From assembly GCF_001194135.2 (NCBI RefSeq), contig NC_068982.1, positions 87,986,452 to 88,033,184 on the forward strand: 46,733 nucleotides of DNA. The letters are read 5' to 3'. The position numbers were made by a program, and so were the translations under genes. This document shows positions 1 to 11,463 of the stretch, piece by piece. This DNA comes from Octopus bimaculoides (taxonomy: Eukaryota). The first letter of the stretch is position 1. Each line of letters opens with the position of its first letter. Under the pieces are notes generated by a model that had not been told where the DNA came from, searched no databases, and saw only the letters and a list, made by a program, of their open reading frames with translations.

Positions 1-32
<32 letters not shown>

Positions 33-90
33 CATATATACATACATATATGTACATATACTTACATATATATGTATATACATATGCATA
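1..90. repeat. (TA)n/(TACA)n compound microsatellite
   Basis: Directly visible dinucleotide/tetranucleotide repeats. Confidence 0.95.
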
Positions 91-445
91 TGTGGGAACA
101 GGACATCACAGAAGTAAACAACATAAAAATACGAAATAAGAATACACGGAATATGAACTTTTCAAACAACGAAAGAAATAAATGGAAAACAAGACAAGCA
201 ACACAAAGACCGACCCTTCATCAATTGTCGGCTGTTTTTCTATTCCGTATTTCGAGCAATTGATGACAAGATACGCCTGCGATAATACAGTTACTCTCGC
301 AAAGCAAATTGAATAAAATTCGGGATTTTGCGGAGGGTCAAAATTGTTTACAAGAACAGGACAGTGAAAGCAAACAGGTAGGGCTTCTAAGCCTAACGAG
401 TTGAGGTGGCGAACGCGGTGGAACAAGCTTGGACAGGAGACAGAT
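91..445 (-). mobile_element. Probable Penelope-like element 3' end (pseudo-LTR) fragment pointing into the (TA)n tract
   Basis: The minus strand ends in T-rich TTGTCTTGTTTTCC...GATGTCCTGTTCCCAC directly abutting the TA repeat, like other PLE-type ends in this window. It has a GAGTAA(296-291)/TTGCTC(259-254) stem followed by GAAA(253-250). Family call is recognition-based inference. Confidence 0.45.
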
Positions 446-681
446 ATATATGATAACTACCTCACTATCTACCTACCTATATATATNNNNNNNNNNNNNN
501 NNNNNNNNNNNNNNNNNNNNNNNNNNNNNNNNNNNNNNNNNNNNNNNNNNNNNNNNNNNNNNNNNNNNNNNNNNNNNNNNNNNNNNNNNNNNNNNNNNNN
601 NNNNNNNNATATACATATATATATGCACAAGCCCAATAGTCCTCAACAAAAAAATATCCACGTTGCTGCTGTACATATTCT

Positions 682-782
682 CTTACGCCTATATGATCAG
701 GCGTAAGTTCATCAGATCTGCGGGAACTATTTAGATGAAACCTGGAAACGGTTTCATCGATAGGGACAAATAAATAGTCTCC
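682..782. repeat. Three-hairpin interspersed repeat fragment
   Basis: CTTACGCCT(682-690)/AGGCGTAAG(699-707); GATGAAACC(734-742)/GGTTTCATC(750-758); GGGAC(763-767)/GTCTC(777-781). Confidence 0.7.
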
Positions 783-1239
783 ATCAATAGAGCTTTAATT
801 TGTGAATGCACTAAAGGAAACAATGAAAATTAACACAAGATGATATTTACGAGTAAACTTATATAAATTTCTGTTTAATCAATATTGTAAACGACTCTTG
901 TTATTTTCCATTTGTGAGTTATTGTCCATACATATCTTATTAGTTTTCACAAGGCTCAAAATTTCTTGTGAACGAAAAAATCTTGGATGTCAAAAGCCTC
1001 TAATTTGAGCATTCGTTGTCATTTCGGACATTTAAATTAATTATTTATATTTTCATTCTATAAATCAAATCTTCTGAGTAAACTCACGCATAAGTATACG
1101 TATATATAAACATTGGAGAAGATAAAGCTGAGCAGAGATAAGAACAAAAAAGTTATGTATCTTAGTTTTCTTTGATTTCCCGCGATGCCACACAAAAATT
1201 GTCCGAATTCCTGCCTAATTGGTATTAATAAATAACATA

Positions 1240-4140
1240 GTCAAGAAACATATCTTTTTATAGAGTTGGTAAAGTACAAGAAATAGAGGTTTGAATTAGA
1301 GGCCAATTTACGCAGTGAAAAATAATGAGTTGCGTGTGGATAGTAATGTATTCATGGAAATACAAATGTCATGAATAAAAATTATCTGGTAGAAGCCATA
1401 GCCCTATTAAGAACAACTGTTGTGCTGAACTAGCTGAGTAAGTGGGCCTAAAAGCCAACACATTGTACATATCATGTATAAATTTAAAAGCAATGGTTTA
1501 CCGTGTGAGGTGCACTATAGCAAGTGGAGTCTGTTTTAGTTTCTCCTTTATCCATTCTGTATGTTTTCGAGGTAGCAACACATGAATCAAGTGAAATCGT
1601 TATGACTTCACATTAAGTGTGATGGTGTGCGCTAAAAACTCAGTGTTACCTTTTGACAAGTTCGTTCAAATCTTATCTTGACTAGAGTTAACTGATTAAA
1701 CTGATCTAGATCGTGTTTCTACTGTTCACGTGAGTTTCTCGGACTGACTGATGTTGGCTTAGCTGGCCAAAACGTTGACTTCGTCAGCAATACTTTTCTT
1801 GTTGGAAAACGATAACTTTGTACTCTACCAAATATATTGAGTAAACCTTCAATTTAATGTAAAACATTTTTTACACTCTCTTTACTATATGTTTTATAAA
1901 TTTTGTGGAATTGTTCAAAATAATCTTAGTAGGGTTTGTGCCATAAACTTAAGTTGTTCAATGTGACAGTTCGTTGTATTCAATGTTGCCTATAGGATTA
2001 ATATTTTAAGAGAATTTACTTGTGCTTCTTTTAACTGATACACTAGGATGCTTCAGATACACATCAGTGTAAGCCAGAAGCATTAAGTGACGCTATGAGT
2101 AATGTAACGCCGTTTCCCTGCAAAATGGCAGAAAGGCTGTTGTAACTTGGCGAACACTGTGCATAGCTGGAAGAGAGATTTTGAAGGCGATAGATATTTT
2201 TCTTATGCGTAAAGTGCAAGGTCTGCATGTGAGTGGTACCTGTCAGTGTTATAGATTTTGCTGTTGTGTAAGTGTATCGGGAAAAGCAGATTGTTCGTAG
2301 AAGGTAAGATTATGGTTTGTGTGGGTATCATGTAAATGCCACTTATAGTTAGAACTGTATTAGAAGATCCTGCTTTTAAAGCCGTAAAGTATAATTTGTT
2401 AGAGGTTTGCGAGGAAATGAAAAAGTGCAGATTGGTATTATTAGTTATTTTGCTTTTACTAGATTGTCTTGTTTCCTATACTCATTAAGAAATCCATTAA
2501 TATATCATTATGCATCGTTAATGTATTTCCAGAAATTTTTAGCAGAATTTAATCTCTTCATCATCTTTTCAACAAAAGCATAGTGTTAACATAGTCGATA
2601 AAAACAATTACATTTCTATTTCTAGTCAATTATAATCTAACTCTCATTAATCTCTCATTACAGCCACATAAAGTAGTGACATTAGTTTACCGACAAGACT
2701 ATTTTCCGTGACTAGGTTTATAGTCCTTCAATCTCCATACAGCTGCGAAATAGGTGGTGCCCAACAGCGAGAATTTCCGATAGGAGATTCGAATGAGAGA
2801 TACACTCGAAAATTCTGCTGAAGTCTAGGGGACAGCATTACATTCACTGATAATTTTTTAATGCATAAGCCTATTGGTGACTCACATAAGAAAATCATCT
2901 CAGTAAATCTAGCTTACTGGTGGTGACTGAGATCAGAGATGTATTCAAGGTAATTGAGAACTTCATTTTTAATGACTGTCTCCATTAGCATAAGGAAATT
3001 AGGAGTGAGTATAATAGGACAATAGATAGCTGGGTCAGAGAGGTTGCCTTTCTGGTGATGAGGCACATTGAATCGTGTTCAAAGGACCAGAAAATATATC
3101 TATTGAGAATGAGACACTGAAAAGATAGGCAAATATGGGGTTAATTCCTGTGGTGCAATATTTTAGTGAAGTTGAAGGGACGATGATAGAAACGCTTGTC
3201 TTGTTGGTTTGAAGTAATCATAGGCATTCCCGAACTTGGCGCATGTGTATGCCGGTTGGTTCACTTGGTGTGGTGAAAATACCATGCATTTGGAAAAGGT
3301 TAGCTAAATTTCAGTTGAATGCAAAAGGAATAGTGAAACTAGAGTTTTCTTCTTAGGACGTAGAGTATTTTATTTGATCTATTGTGTAAAGACGATCCTC
3401 TAAAATTAGTGGAAATTATTGTGAAAAAGAACCGGAAAAATCGGCTGCTGTTTGTGAGGCAAAAGAGCTTGAACACTATGCGATTAACGAACGCATCTTT
3501 CGTACTCCGGATAGTGAACCTGAAAGTTTGAGCCATCTAGCTTGGTCAAATGGGTGAGATTCTACGAGAGTTGTAAACTTTTCCTAGAAGAGTTTCAGTG
3601 CAGCTATGAGTGAATAACATATGGAATTTGGGATTTTGAGCTTTTGTAGTAGAGGAATATTCCTGAAAAGGATGGTTTCAGCCATCCACTTAGCTGTCTC
3701 GGATGGGTCAGAAATGAGGCAGATGTATCACCAACGATAAATGGCTTAAAACTGTGGAGTTCTGGCTAGTTAGCTGATTTAAAGCGCAATAGAGTCGTTT
3801 AAATATTATGTATCGTGTAATAAGTGGTTATGTGCTGGGTGCGAGGACAGTAACTGTTTCGTAGAGGTTAGGCTTATGTTTCATGAACAGAATGAAAAGA
3901 GTTCGAGGTGTCTATCTGTCAATCTGGAATGCAAATATTAGATGCAACAAGTTGATGTAGAAAGCTAGTAGTTAAAGAAAAATCGATTTCTGGATCGGCA
4001 TCCTCGGTGTGGGATGACTGTAAGAGCCACGTGTGATTCTGAGCTCTGAGGTTAACGATAACTACGAATTGGAGAGAAGAATGATGCAAGACGAAGTGAG
4101 AGCTATGGTTGGAGATTATTATGTTGGGACAATATAAGTG
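1240..4140 (-). mobile_element. Decayed non-LTR retrotransposon ORF2 (APE endonuclease + reverse transcriptase), CR1/L2/Jockey-like, 5'-truncated
   Basis: Manual minus-strand translation with many stops and frameshifts. ~4056-3900 gives VNLRAQNHTWLLQSSHTEDADPEIDFSLTTSFLHQLVAS (APE GDFNAH-type region). ~3055-2900 gives QKGNLSDPAIYCPI...METVIKNEVLNYLEYISDLSHHQ (RT PKKG..NYRPIS..Q-GF region). ~2837-2760 gives AVPLDFSRIFECISHSNLLSEI (LDxSKAFD motif). Confidence 0.85.
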
Positions 4141-4144
4141 GTCC

Positions 4145-4355
4145 TTTTCTCAGAAAAGCAAAGCATTCCATCCACTTCGTGCTTTTACTGCTGAGCAAGC
4201 GTTTTACATGGATCGAACCCTTCTCTCATGTCACATAAACTGATATCTCCGCATTACATACTTATACATGATGTCCTCATCCACAAGTCTTTTGATGGTG
4301 CGTTCTGAAACCTTGAGGTCTTTTGTAATGGCTCTGATCGACTTTCCTGGGATCC
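4145..4355 (-). mobile_element. Tc1/mariner transposase fragment (DD37D/maT-like; HTH to first catalytic Asp region)
   Basis: Minus strand: KSIRAITKDLKVSERTIKRLVDEDIMYKYVMRRYQFM, then after a frameshift KHEVDGMLCFSEK (degenerate FSDEK). Confidence 0.75.
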
Positions 4356-4429
4356 TTTATTGGCTATTTCTTAGATTTTTCGTACAAAGGTATGTATTCT
4401 GATGCTATTAAGACTATGTGCATAAGTTA

Positions 4430-4495
4430 TGCACCATGTACACACACACACACACACGAACACGGACACACACACACACACACACAAACACACAT
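4430..4495. repeat. (CA)n microsatellite
   Basis: Directly visible. Confidence 0.95.
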
Positions 4496-4705
4496 GAATA
4501 AGAGCAAAAGAACTCAACGACATTCACACATCGTCATACCTGAGTTGAGTTGGTATAATTTACATATTGCGTAATCATTTTAATTTCCAACAAAGCAGTA
4601 AAATGTATTTCCTTAAGTCATTATTTAGAATAAGTACTTAGATAGATCAGGCTTCCATTTCACCATATACAGAAATAAATGCCCAAACCAGCGTGCTGTT
4701 TTCAG

Positions 4706-4770
4706 CAATTTACTGAATTTGCTGACGTATATCCTGTGACAGGAGCATTCCCACTATATGATGACATTCG
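4706..4770 (+). CDS. Weak candidate internal exon (QFTEFADVYPVTGAFPLYDDIR), product unknown
   Basis: Acceptor tgctgttttcag at 4694-4705; only one of three frames is open; GT at 4771 is a weak donor (gtagtc). No homology evidence available. Confidence 0.25.
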
Positions 4771-4854
4771 GTAGTCAATACTTGAGGACGAACTTTGAAT
4801 AACGTTCTATAAGGTTTTTAAGTAGATTTTAAAGAAGAATATATAGTTGAAATT

Positions 4855-5000
4855 TAAAGAAAAACAAAAGACGAAGACAGGTATATAAACAACAAACAAA
4901 TGTATTTATTTAATGCTCGGGAAGGTGAGAAAGTCTTTTGCTTTTCGAGCATACGCTCTTCAACAGAAAGGAATACGAGGAAATATGCAGAGAGAGAATA
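4855..5000 (-). mobile_element. PLE-type 3' end with degenerate minimal hammerhead (4935-4970)
   Basis: Minus: CTTT-CTGTTGA-A-GAGC-gtat-GCTC-GAAA-AG-C-A-AAAG, the same layout as 26344-26378, followed by a T-rich tail. Confidence 0.6.
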
Positions 5001-5001
5001 A

Positions 5002-5035
<34 letters not shown>

Positions 5036-5488
5036 ATATATATATATATATATANNNNNNNNNNNNNNNNNNNNNNNNNNNNNNNNNNNNNNNNNNNNNN
5101 NNNNNNNNNNNNNNNNNNNNNNNNNNNNNNNNNNNNNNNNNNNNNNNNNNNNNNNNNNNNNNNNNNNNNNNNNNNNNNNNNNNNNNNNNNNNNNNNNNNN
5201 NNNNNNNNNNNNNNNNNNNNNNNNNNNNNNNNNNNNNNNNNNNNNNNNNNNNNNNNNNNNNNNNNNNNNNNNNNNNNNNNNNNNNNNNNNNNNNNNNNNN
5301 NNNNNNNNNNNNNNNNNNNNNNNNNNNNNNNNNNNNNNNNNNNNNNNNNNNNNNNNNNNNNNNNNNNNNNNNNNNNNNNNNNNNNNNNNNNNNNNNNNNN
5401 NNNNNNNNNTATATATATATATAATATATATATATATATATAATCACACACACATACAGGCATATATATGAGTGTGTATGCATTCATG

Positions 5489-5580
<92 letters not shown>
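5489..5580. repeat. (TATC)n microsatellite
   Basis: Directly visible. Confidence 0.95.
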
Positions 5581-6197
5581 CATAGATTAACAATATCAAG
5601 TAGTTACACCTATGAGCGAAATGTAATATTTTGTAACTTAGAAGACTATTATATCTTCTGATGAGGTTTCTTCGGCACTCTGGGGTGCATTCGATTTCAC
5701 TTTATTGTTCCCCAGCCACTAGGAAGCAATGCAGAAGCATACCGAAATTCCAGTAGAATATGTACATAAATATATAATGAATTAGGGAAATGGAGAATGA
5801 TATTCGCAAGAATTTTTATTCATCACAACGATCGTTAGACCCATCCTGCATCAGCTCCGTGCGAGTGAGATAGTTGTGTTGCATCCTCCAGTGCAGAATG
5901 CATAAAGTGCTTTAATAGACATGCTACTGACCATATACCCAAGGTCCAAATAAGTACTTATATATATATATATATATATCCATGTTTATTTGTGTGTATG
6001 TGTGCTTGTATGTGTGTGCGCGCGTGCGCATGTGTAAAGGCAATTTAGAATTTACATTGTGTATTTGAACGTTTCTGACGTTTGCATATGGATCTTCTTT
6101 TCAATGCTCACTCTTCTTTGCATCTTATCTGACTTATTCTTTTCACAGTTAAATTTGTCAAAAATAAGATAAAATATAGGGTAAAGATTACAAAGCA

Positions 6198-6384
6198 GTC
6201 CTGGTTAGGACGAATATTACTACTATTTAGCCTCAGGAAACATCGTCTCCAGCTGGCTATACGACACACTATCTGTATCCTTGTATTTTCGAACAAGGGA
6301 GTTCAGCATCCCCACTCACCACAAAATAATATCCGTGTATCGCGACAGAATAACTGTTCGGTTAGAGATGGCGCTGCTAAATTC
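6198..6384. repeat. Interspersed repeat, copy 1 of tandem pair
   Basis: GTCCTGGTTAGGACGAAT...GGCGCTGCTAA recurs at 6525-6730. Confidence 0.85.
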
Positions 6385-6524
6385 TTGTTCGAAAGATATA
6401 GTTTTCAAAGTGACACACAGTGACTGATCTAATAAAATAAAAAATTACTATTTGTTAATCACTCAACGAAAGACATTCAGTAACAATACTCTAGAGTAAG
6501 TATCATTTGCCAACACAACGTGGA

Positions 6525-6730
6525 GTCCTGGTTAGGACGAATGTTATTGCGATTTAGCCACAGGAAACATCATCCCTAGTTGGCACGCTATCTGTGTCTT
6601 TATATTTTCGAACGAGAGAGTTCAGCATCCCAACTCAGCGCAGAACAATATTTGTGTATCGCAATTCCTGGGTTATTTCTCTTCATCAGCACAGAATAAC
6701 TGTTCGGCTAGAGGTGGCGCTGCTAAGCTC
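6525..6730. repeat. Interspersed repeat, copy 2 of tandem pair
   Basis: Homologous to 6198-6384, with different indels in each copy. Confidence 0.85.
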
Positions 6731-7654
6731 GAGTGAAACTTGTCTAACTTATGAAACATTCTTTCAGTTGTTAGGTTTCTTTTGAGTATTAATTTATGAA
6801 TCTTGTTATCGGTTATACTACTTTGCGTCATTATTTTTGTTACTTATTTACATATTACACATTTTATATATATTTTAAATATTTCCAGACATACGTATTT
6901 AGCTTTTAACTATAATATCCTCATCTCTTGGGCTTCAGTTTTTGCTTCCTATCCTCGAGACATATGCAGCTAACCCATAAATTTAGAAAATTTATCTCGC
7001 TATCATATCAGCAGAAACCATGTTAAAGGAAATAATTTATGCTATAACAGCAGAAAATAGTAACTAATAAATGAAAACGTTCTAGATATCCTAAGCGAGA
7101 ATAGTATATACTAATTAACCCTTCCTTTCCGTACTATTTTATATGTATCTTGTATCGTATCTAGTACACAAAGCTGTTGTTGGTTACAGTATAATCGTTT
7201 ATCCATGGTGACTTGTTCAGTGTAGCAACTCCGCCGAAGTGATGCGTCATTTCATTCGAATGCAGAATTTTCGTCGAAAGGCATACACTTACAGGCATAC
7301 AGATGTGATAGACGTCTGCTGGATTCGATGATGAGTATCTCGGTGGTTGTGCGATCAACCGAACTATCTAATAACTGACTTATTGTGTAACCGATGCAGT
7401 GAGTATGCCACGGGCATTTTTATTTCTGCGTAATTCTTTAGTAGAATCGGCCTGACAGAATGCGTGACTCTTTGAATTAGCTGTATATTCCAACGATATA
7501 TATATTTGTGTGTGGGAATGAGAGGTTCGGTTCACCAACAAACATTACTAATGATAAATATAACATTTCCAACAATAGTAACGGTAATTATAACAATAAG
7601 AAATTATACAAGTGTTTGAACTGAACTTTATTGAACAACAATATGAACAACACC

Positions 7655-7699
<45 letters not shown>

Positions 7700-7709
7700 G
7701 ACGACGACG

Positions 7710-7776
<67 letters not shown>

Positions 7777-7810
7777 CGATAATAATAATAATAATAATAA
7801 TAATAATCAT
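7655..7810. repeat. Compound trinucleotide microsatellite (AAT)n-(GAC)n-(AAC)n-(AAT)n
   Basis: Directly visible; source of the poly-N/L/I/V ORFs. Confidence 0.97.
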
Positions 7811-8342
7811 AATGGACCAGTAAACAAGTGTCCCTTTAATCTGCTGGCTGTGGACAACTGCCACTTTCCATCGTACCTAGCAAAATAAGCTGTGAATTTT
7901 CATATAACAACAATAAAAATAATATTTATAATAATAATGCATGTTCGTTAATGTTGAATATGTTCGAACAGTTTTATGTATATTTGCAAAGATTTACGTT
8001 GTTTAAAGAAAGCATAGATTTTTATATATTTATCACACCATGAATAATAACGATAATATAATAACATTCTGACATTAAAAAAGCCCAACATAAAAATAAA
8101 ATGTCAAAAAAAAAAAAAAATCTAACGAAATCAATATGAAAACGTATCAGAAAAATGCAAAACTTATTTCATCAGATATATAATAGAAATTCAGAGTCCA
8201 TGTGTACAATTCTTTGATGTTAACTAAAATTCATATTTTATTTAACCACGTTAACAAAAGAATTAATATCTTAAAGAAACAAATATTTTATAAGATGATG
8301 TGTTCTCATTTATTCTCAATATCTATATATATAAATAAATAA

Positions 8343-8347
<5 letters not shown>

Positions 8348-8412
<65 letters not shown>
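8348..8412. repeat. (TA)n microsatellite
   Basis: Directly visible. Confidence 0.97.
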
Positions 8413-8416
<4 letters not shown>

Positions 8417-8771
8417 CGCGAATGAAATCTTTGTACGATTATATGTAGTCTGAGCTGAGGAAGATAAATGACTATTGGTACACAAACAAAATTCCGAGAA
8501 ACATCTGTTGTTGCTTTGTAGCACCAATATTGGTTTCTATAAAATAAGGTAGGTTGTCGACCATAACTCCATAGTGCGTGATATCACATAGCTTTGTTGA
8601 ACGAACTGGATAATAAGGAGAATCTATTTCTCTTTATCCACATGTTGATTCTGTCAGAACAAACTTAAGATCAACGGTATTCAAATTATGTTCAACCGGT
8701 CATTTTTGTCTTGTTCAGCGATAATGTATCCCAAACTATAATATGCAATGTTTTCTTTTTCTTCTTTTAAG

Positions 8772-8862
8772 ATTGTAGCGAGTACTTTTTTAGTGCTGGT
8801 GGTGGGTGGAGAGGAGATCTATATCTAGTAGGTTCAGCAACCGTCTTGAAGTTCACTCTTTG
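8772..8862 (+). CDS. Candidate internal exon (xCSEYFFSAGGGWRGDLYLVGSATVLKFTL[W/C]), product unknown
   Basis: A ~20-nt polypyrimidine tract plus aag ends at 8771; donor TTG/gtaaga at 8863. From this acceptor only the phase-1 frame is open. An alternative acceptor ttttttag ends at 8793 in the same frame. Confidence 0.4.
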
Positions 8863-9103
8863 GTAAGACCAAAAACTCTTGCTTTTAGTTTTTAGGTCTT
8901 TTTGGGTTCCACCAGATAGAACAGAACTATGATCAAACACATTTCCGTTATGTCAATATTGTCGTATTTTTAAATGTTTTCAAATAGAATGCATTAAGGT
9001 CAACAGTTTTTCAATGTGACTCTTATTTTCCAAAGCGTCTGGGTAAATTATTTGGAGGGACATTTCACTGTCTTGTATGTGTTTCCGTGAAGAGAACTTA
9101 GAG

Positions 9104-9175
9104 CAGTGGTTCCCAACCATGGGTCCGCGGAGCCCTGGTGGTCCGCAAAGGTAGTACTGGGGGTGCATGAACAAA

Positions 9176-9212
<37 letters not shown>

Positions 9213-9223
9213 CNNNNNNNNNN

Positions 9224-9282
<59 letters not shown>

Positions 9283-9358
9283 ACACACACATAAGGATTA
9301 GCATATTAAAAGGGGTCCGTGGGAAAACTCATTTAAATAGAAGGGTTGGGAACCACTG
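9104..9358. mobile_element. hAT-type MITE with internal (TA)n/(CA)n expansion
   Basis: Perfect 15-bp TIRs CAGTGGTTCCCAACC(9104-9118)/GGTTGGGAACCACTG(9344-9358). Flanking 8-mers acttagag/ccttaggt match 5/8, consistent with a decayed 8-bp hAT TSD. Confidence 0.9.
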
Positions 9359-10275
9359 CCTTAGGTTATAGTGCTTCAGTGACGTTTCAACTTCCAAGTT
9401 CTCTTTAGAATTCTGGAACTTGATACATTAATGTTTTAGAATAATATATTTCAGAATTATATTTATTAAGAGATTTAGCGTTATATATAAAAGTAACTTA
9501 TGTAACTTATATATTTTGTTTCGTTGGATGTTATTCGATTTTTAATCGTCTTATTATGTTGACATGCACTCAAATATATTTTAGAAAAATAGGTACCAGA
9601 GCCAGAAACACACTGTGTTAATCATCTATAATATTGTCTCAAAAAAAAAAAAAAGCGTTTGCTCCCAGTATTTCATGTGTAGATTAGTGTGAACAGGTTT
9701 AATCTTAATATAGAATAATTAGCGATATAGATAGACTGACTATTTTCCAAAAACACTAGTACAAAGAAAGATACAATAATAGGTAGATAGATTTATAAGC
9801 AGCGGAAGCTAAAAGATGTCGTACTGTCTCTCAACACTCGGTACAGAGTTCTTGATAGAATATGTGATTGCCTAACTCCTGTTCTTTTGTCATTCATCTA
9901 TTATGCTCTTTACTGACTTGCTGGTGTATATAAGAGGCCGGAGCAATTCAAAATTCCTTAGTGCCGGACAACTAACTATTGGTACGGTTACGTGTAAACG
10001 GAATAATAAAATTGATATATAGATTGTTATTTTGTGAATATGTAGGCATAAAATGAATGTGAACTTTATATATATTCCATTCATGTCTTGATAAAAACAC
10101 GTATCCTAATGGAATATACTTGTGATAAAAAGAATTCATTTTTCGGGAAGGGATATGTGTAAGAGAAATAGAATGACGAAGAGATAGAGAAATAGGTGGG
10201 AGAATATCCAGTATGATATGCATATAGATAAATAGTGACAAATAGACGTATATGTCGATGGATAGATGACGTCAT

Positions 10276-10606
10276 TATGTATGTATGTATGTATGTATGT
10301 ATGTTTATGTATGTATGTATGTATGTATGTATGTATGGAGATTGGTTTGTAGTGTGAAAGCGTTTGTGTGCTTCTCCAGTTCTTGATCGAATAGACAGCA
10401 CGCAGACGGTTGTGTGTGTGTGCGCGCGCGCGCGCGTGTATGTGCGTGTGTGTGTCTGGTTGCATGCATGTGTGGTAGCGTGTGTGTGTGGTTGCGTGTG
10501 TGTGTGTAGTTGCGTGTGTGGTGGTTGCCTGTGTGTGTGGATGTGTGTGTGTGTGTGTGTGAGAGAGATACAGAAAGAGAGATGGAGAAAGAAAGAGAGA
10601 GAGACG
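10276..10606. repeat. (TATG)n, (GT)n, (GC)n and (GA)n microsatellite cluster
   Basis: Directly visible. Confidence 0.9.
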
Positions 10607-11321
10607 NNNNNNNNNNNNNNNNNNNNNNNNNNNNNNNNNNNNNNNNNNNNNNNNNNNNNNNNNNNNNNNNNNNNNNNNNNNNNNNNNNNNNNNNNNNNNN
10701 NNNNNNNNNNNNNNNNNNNNNNNNNNNNNNNNNNNNNNNNNNNNNNNNNNNNNNNNNNNNNNNNNNNNNNNNNNNNNNNNNNNNNNNNNNNNNNNNNNNN
10801 NNNNNNNNNNNNNNNNNNNNNNNNNNNNNNNNNNNNNNNNNNNNNNNNNNNNNNNNNNNNNNNNNNNNNNNNNNNNNNNNNNNNNNNNNNNNNNNNNNNN
10901 NNNNNNNNNNNNNNNNNNNNNNNNNNNNNNNNNNNNNNNNNNNNNNNNNNNNNNNNNNNNNNNNNNNNNNNNNNNNNNNNNNNNNNNNNNNNNNNNNNNN
11001 NNNNNNNNNNNNNNNNNNNNNNNNNNNNNNNNNNNNNNNNNNNNNNNNNNNNNNNNNNNNNNNNNNNNNNNNNNNNNNNNNNNNNNNNNNNNNNNNNNNN
11101 NNNNNNNNNNNNNNNNNNNNNNNNNNNNNNNNNNNNNNNNNNNNNNNNNNNNNNNNNNNNNNNNNNNNNNNNNNNNNNNNNNNNNNNNNNNNNNNNNNNN
11201 NNNNNNNNNNNNNNNNNNNNNNNNNNNNNNNNNNNNNNNNNNNNNNNNNNNNNNNNNNNNNNNNNNNNNNNNNNNNNNNNNNNNNNNNNNNNNNNNNNNN
11301 NNNNNNNNNNNNNNNNNNNNN

Positions 11322-11376
<55 letters not shown>

Positions 11377-11463
11377 ACACACGTAGTTGTGTTTATTTGT
11401 GAGTGTGTGTGTGTACGAGGATATAGATAGATGCATATATACATACATATATATATATATATA

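Noticed and set aside
5658-5700. CTGATGA core motif
   Set aside because: No downstream stem II + GAAA or stem I.
6660-6695. Minus-strand CTGATGA in repeat copy 2
   Set aside because: No stem II closing onto GAAA, and no helix III/UH site.
7188-7405. GC-richer unique segment ending ATGCA/gtgagt (possible first exon)
   Set aside because: No open frame across it and no promoter or homology evidence.
7588-7888. Poly-Asn / poly-Leu / poly-Ile-Val ORFs
   Set aside because: Translation of a trinucleotide microsatellite; no flanking coding context.
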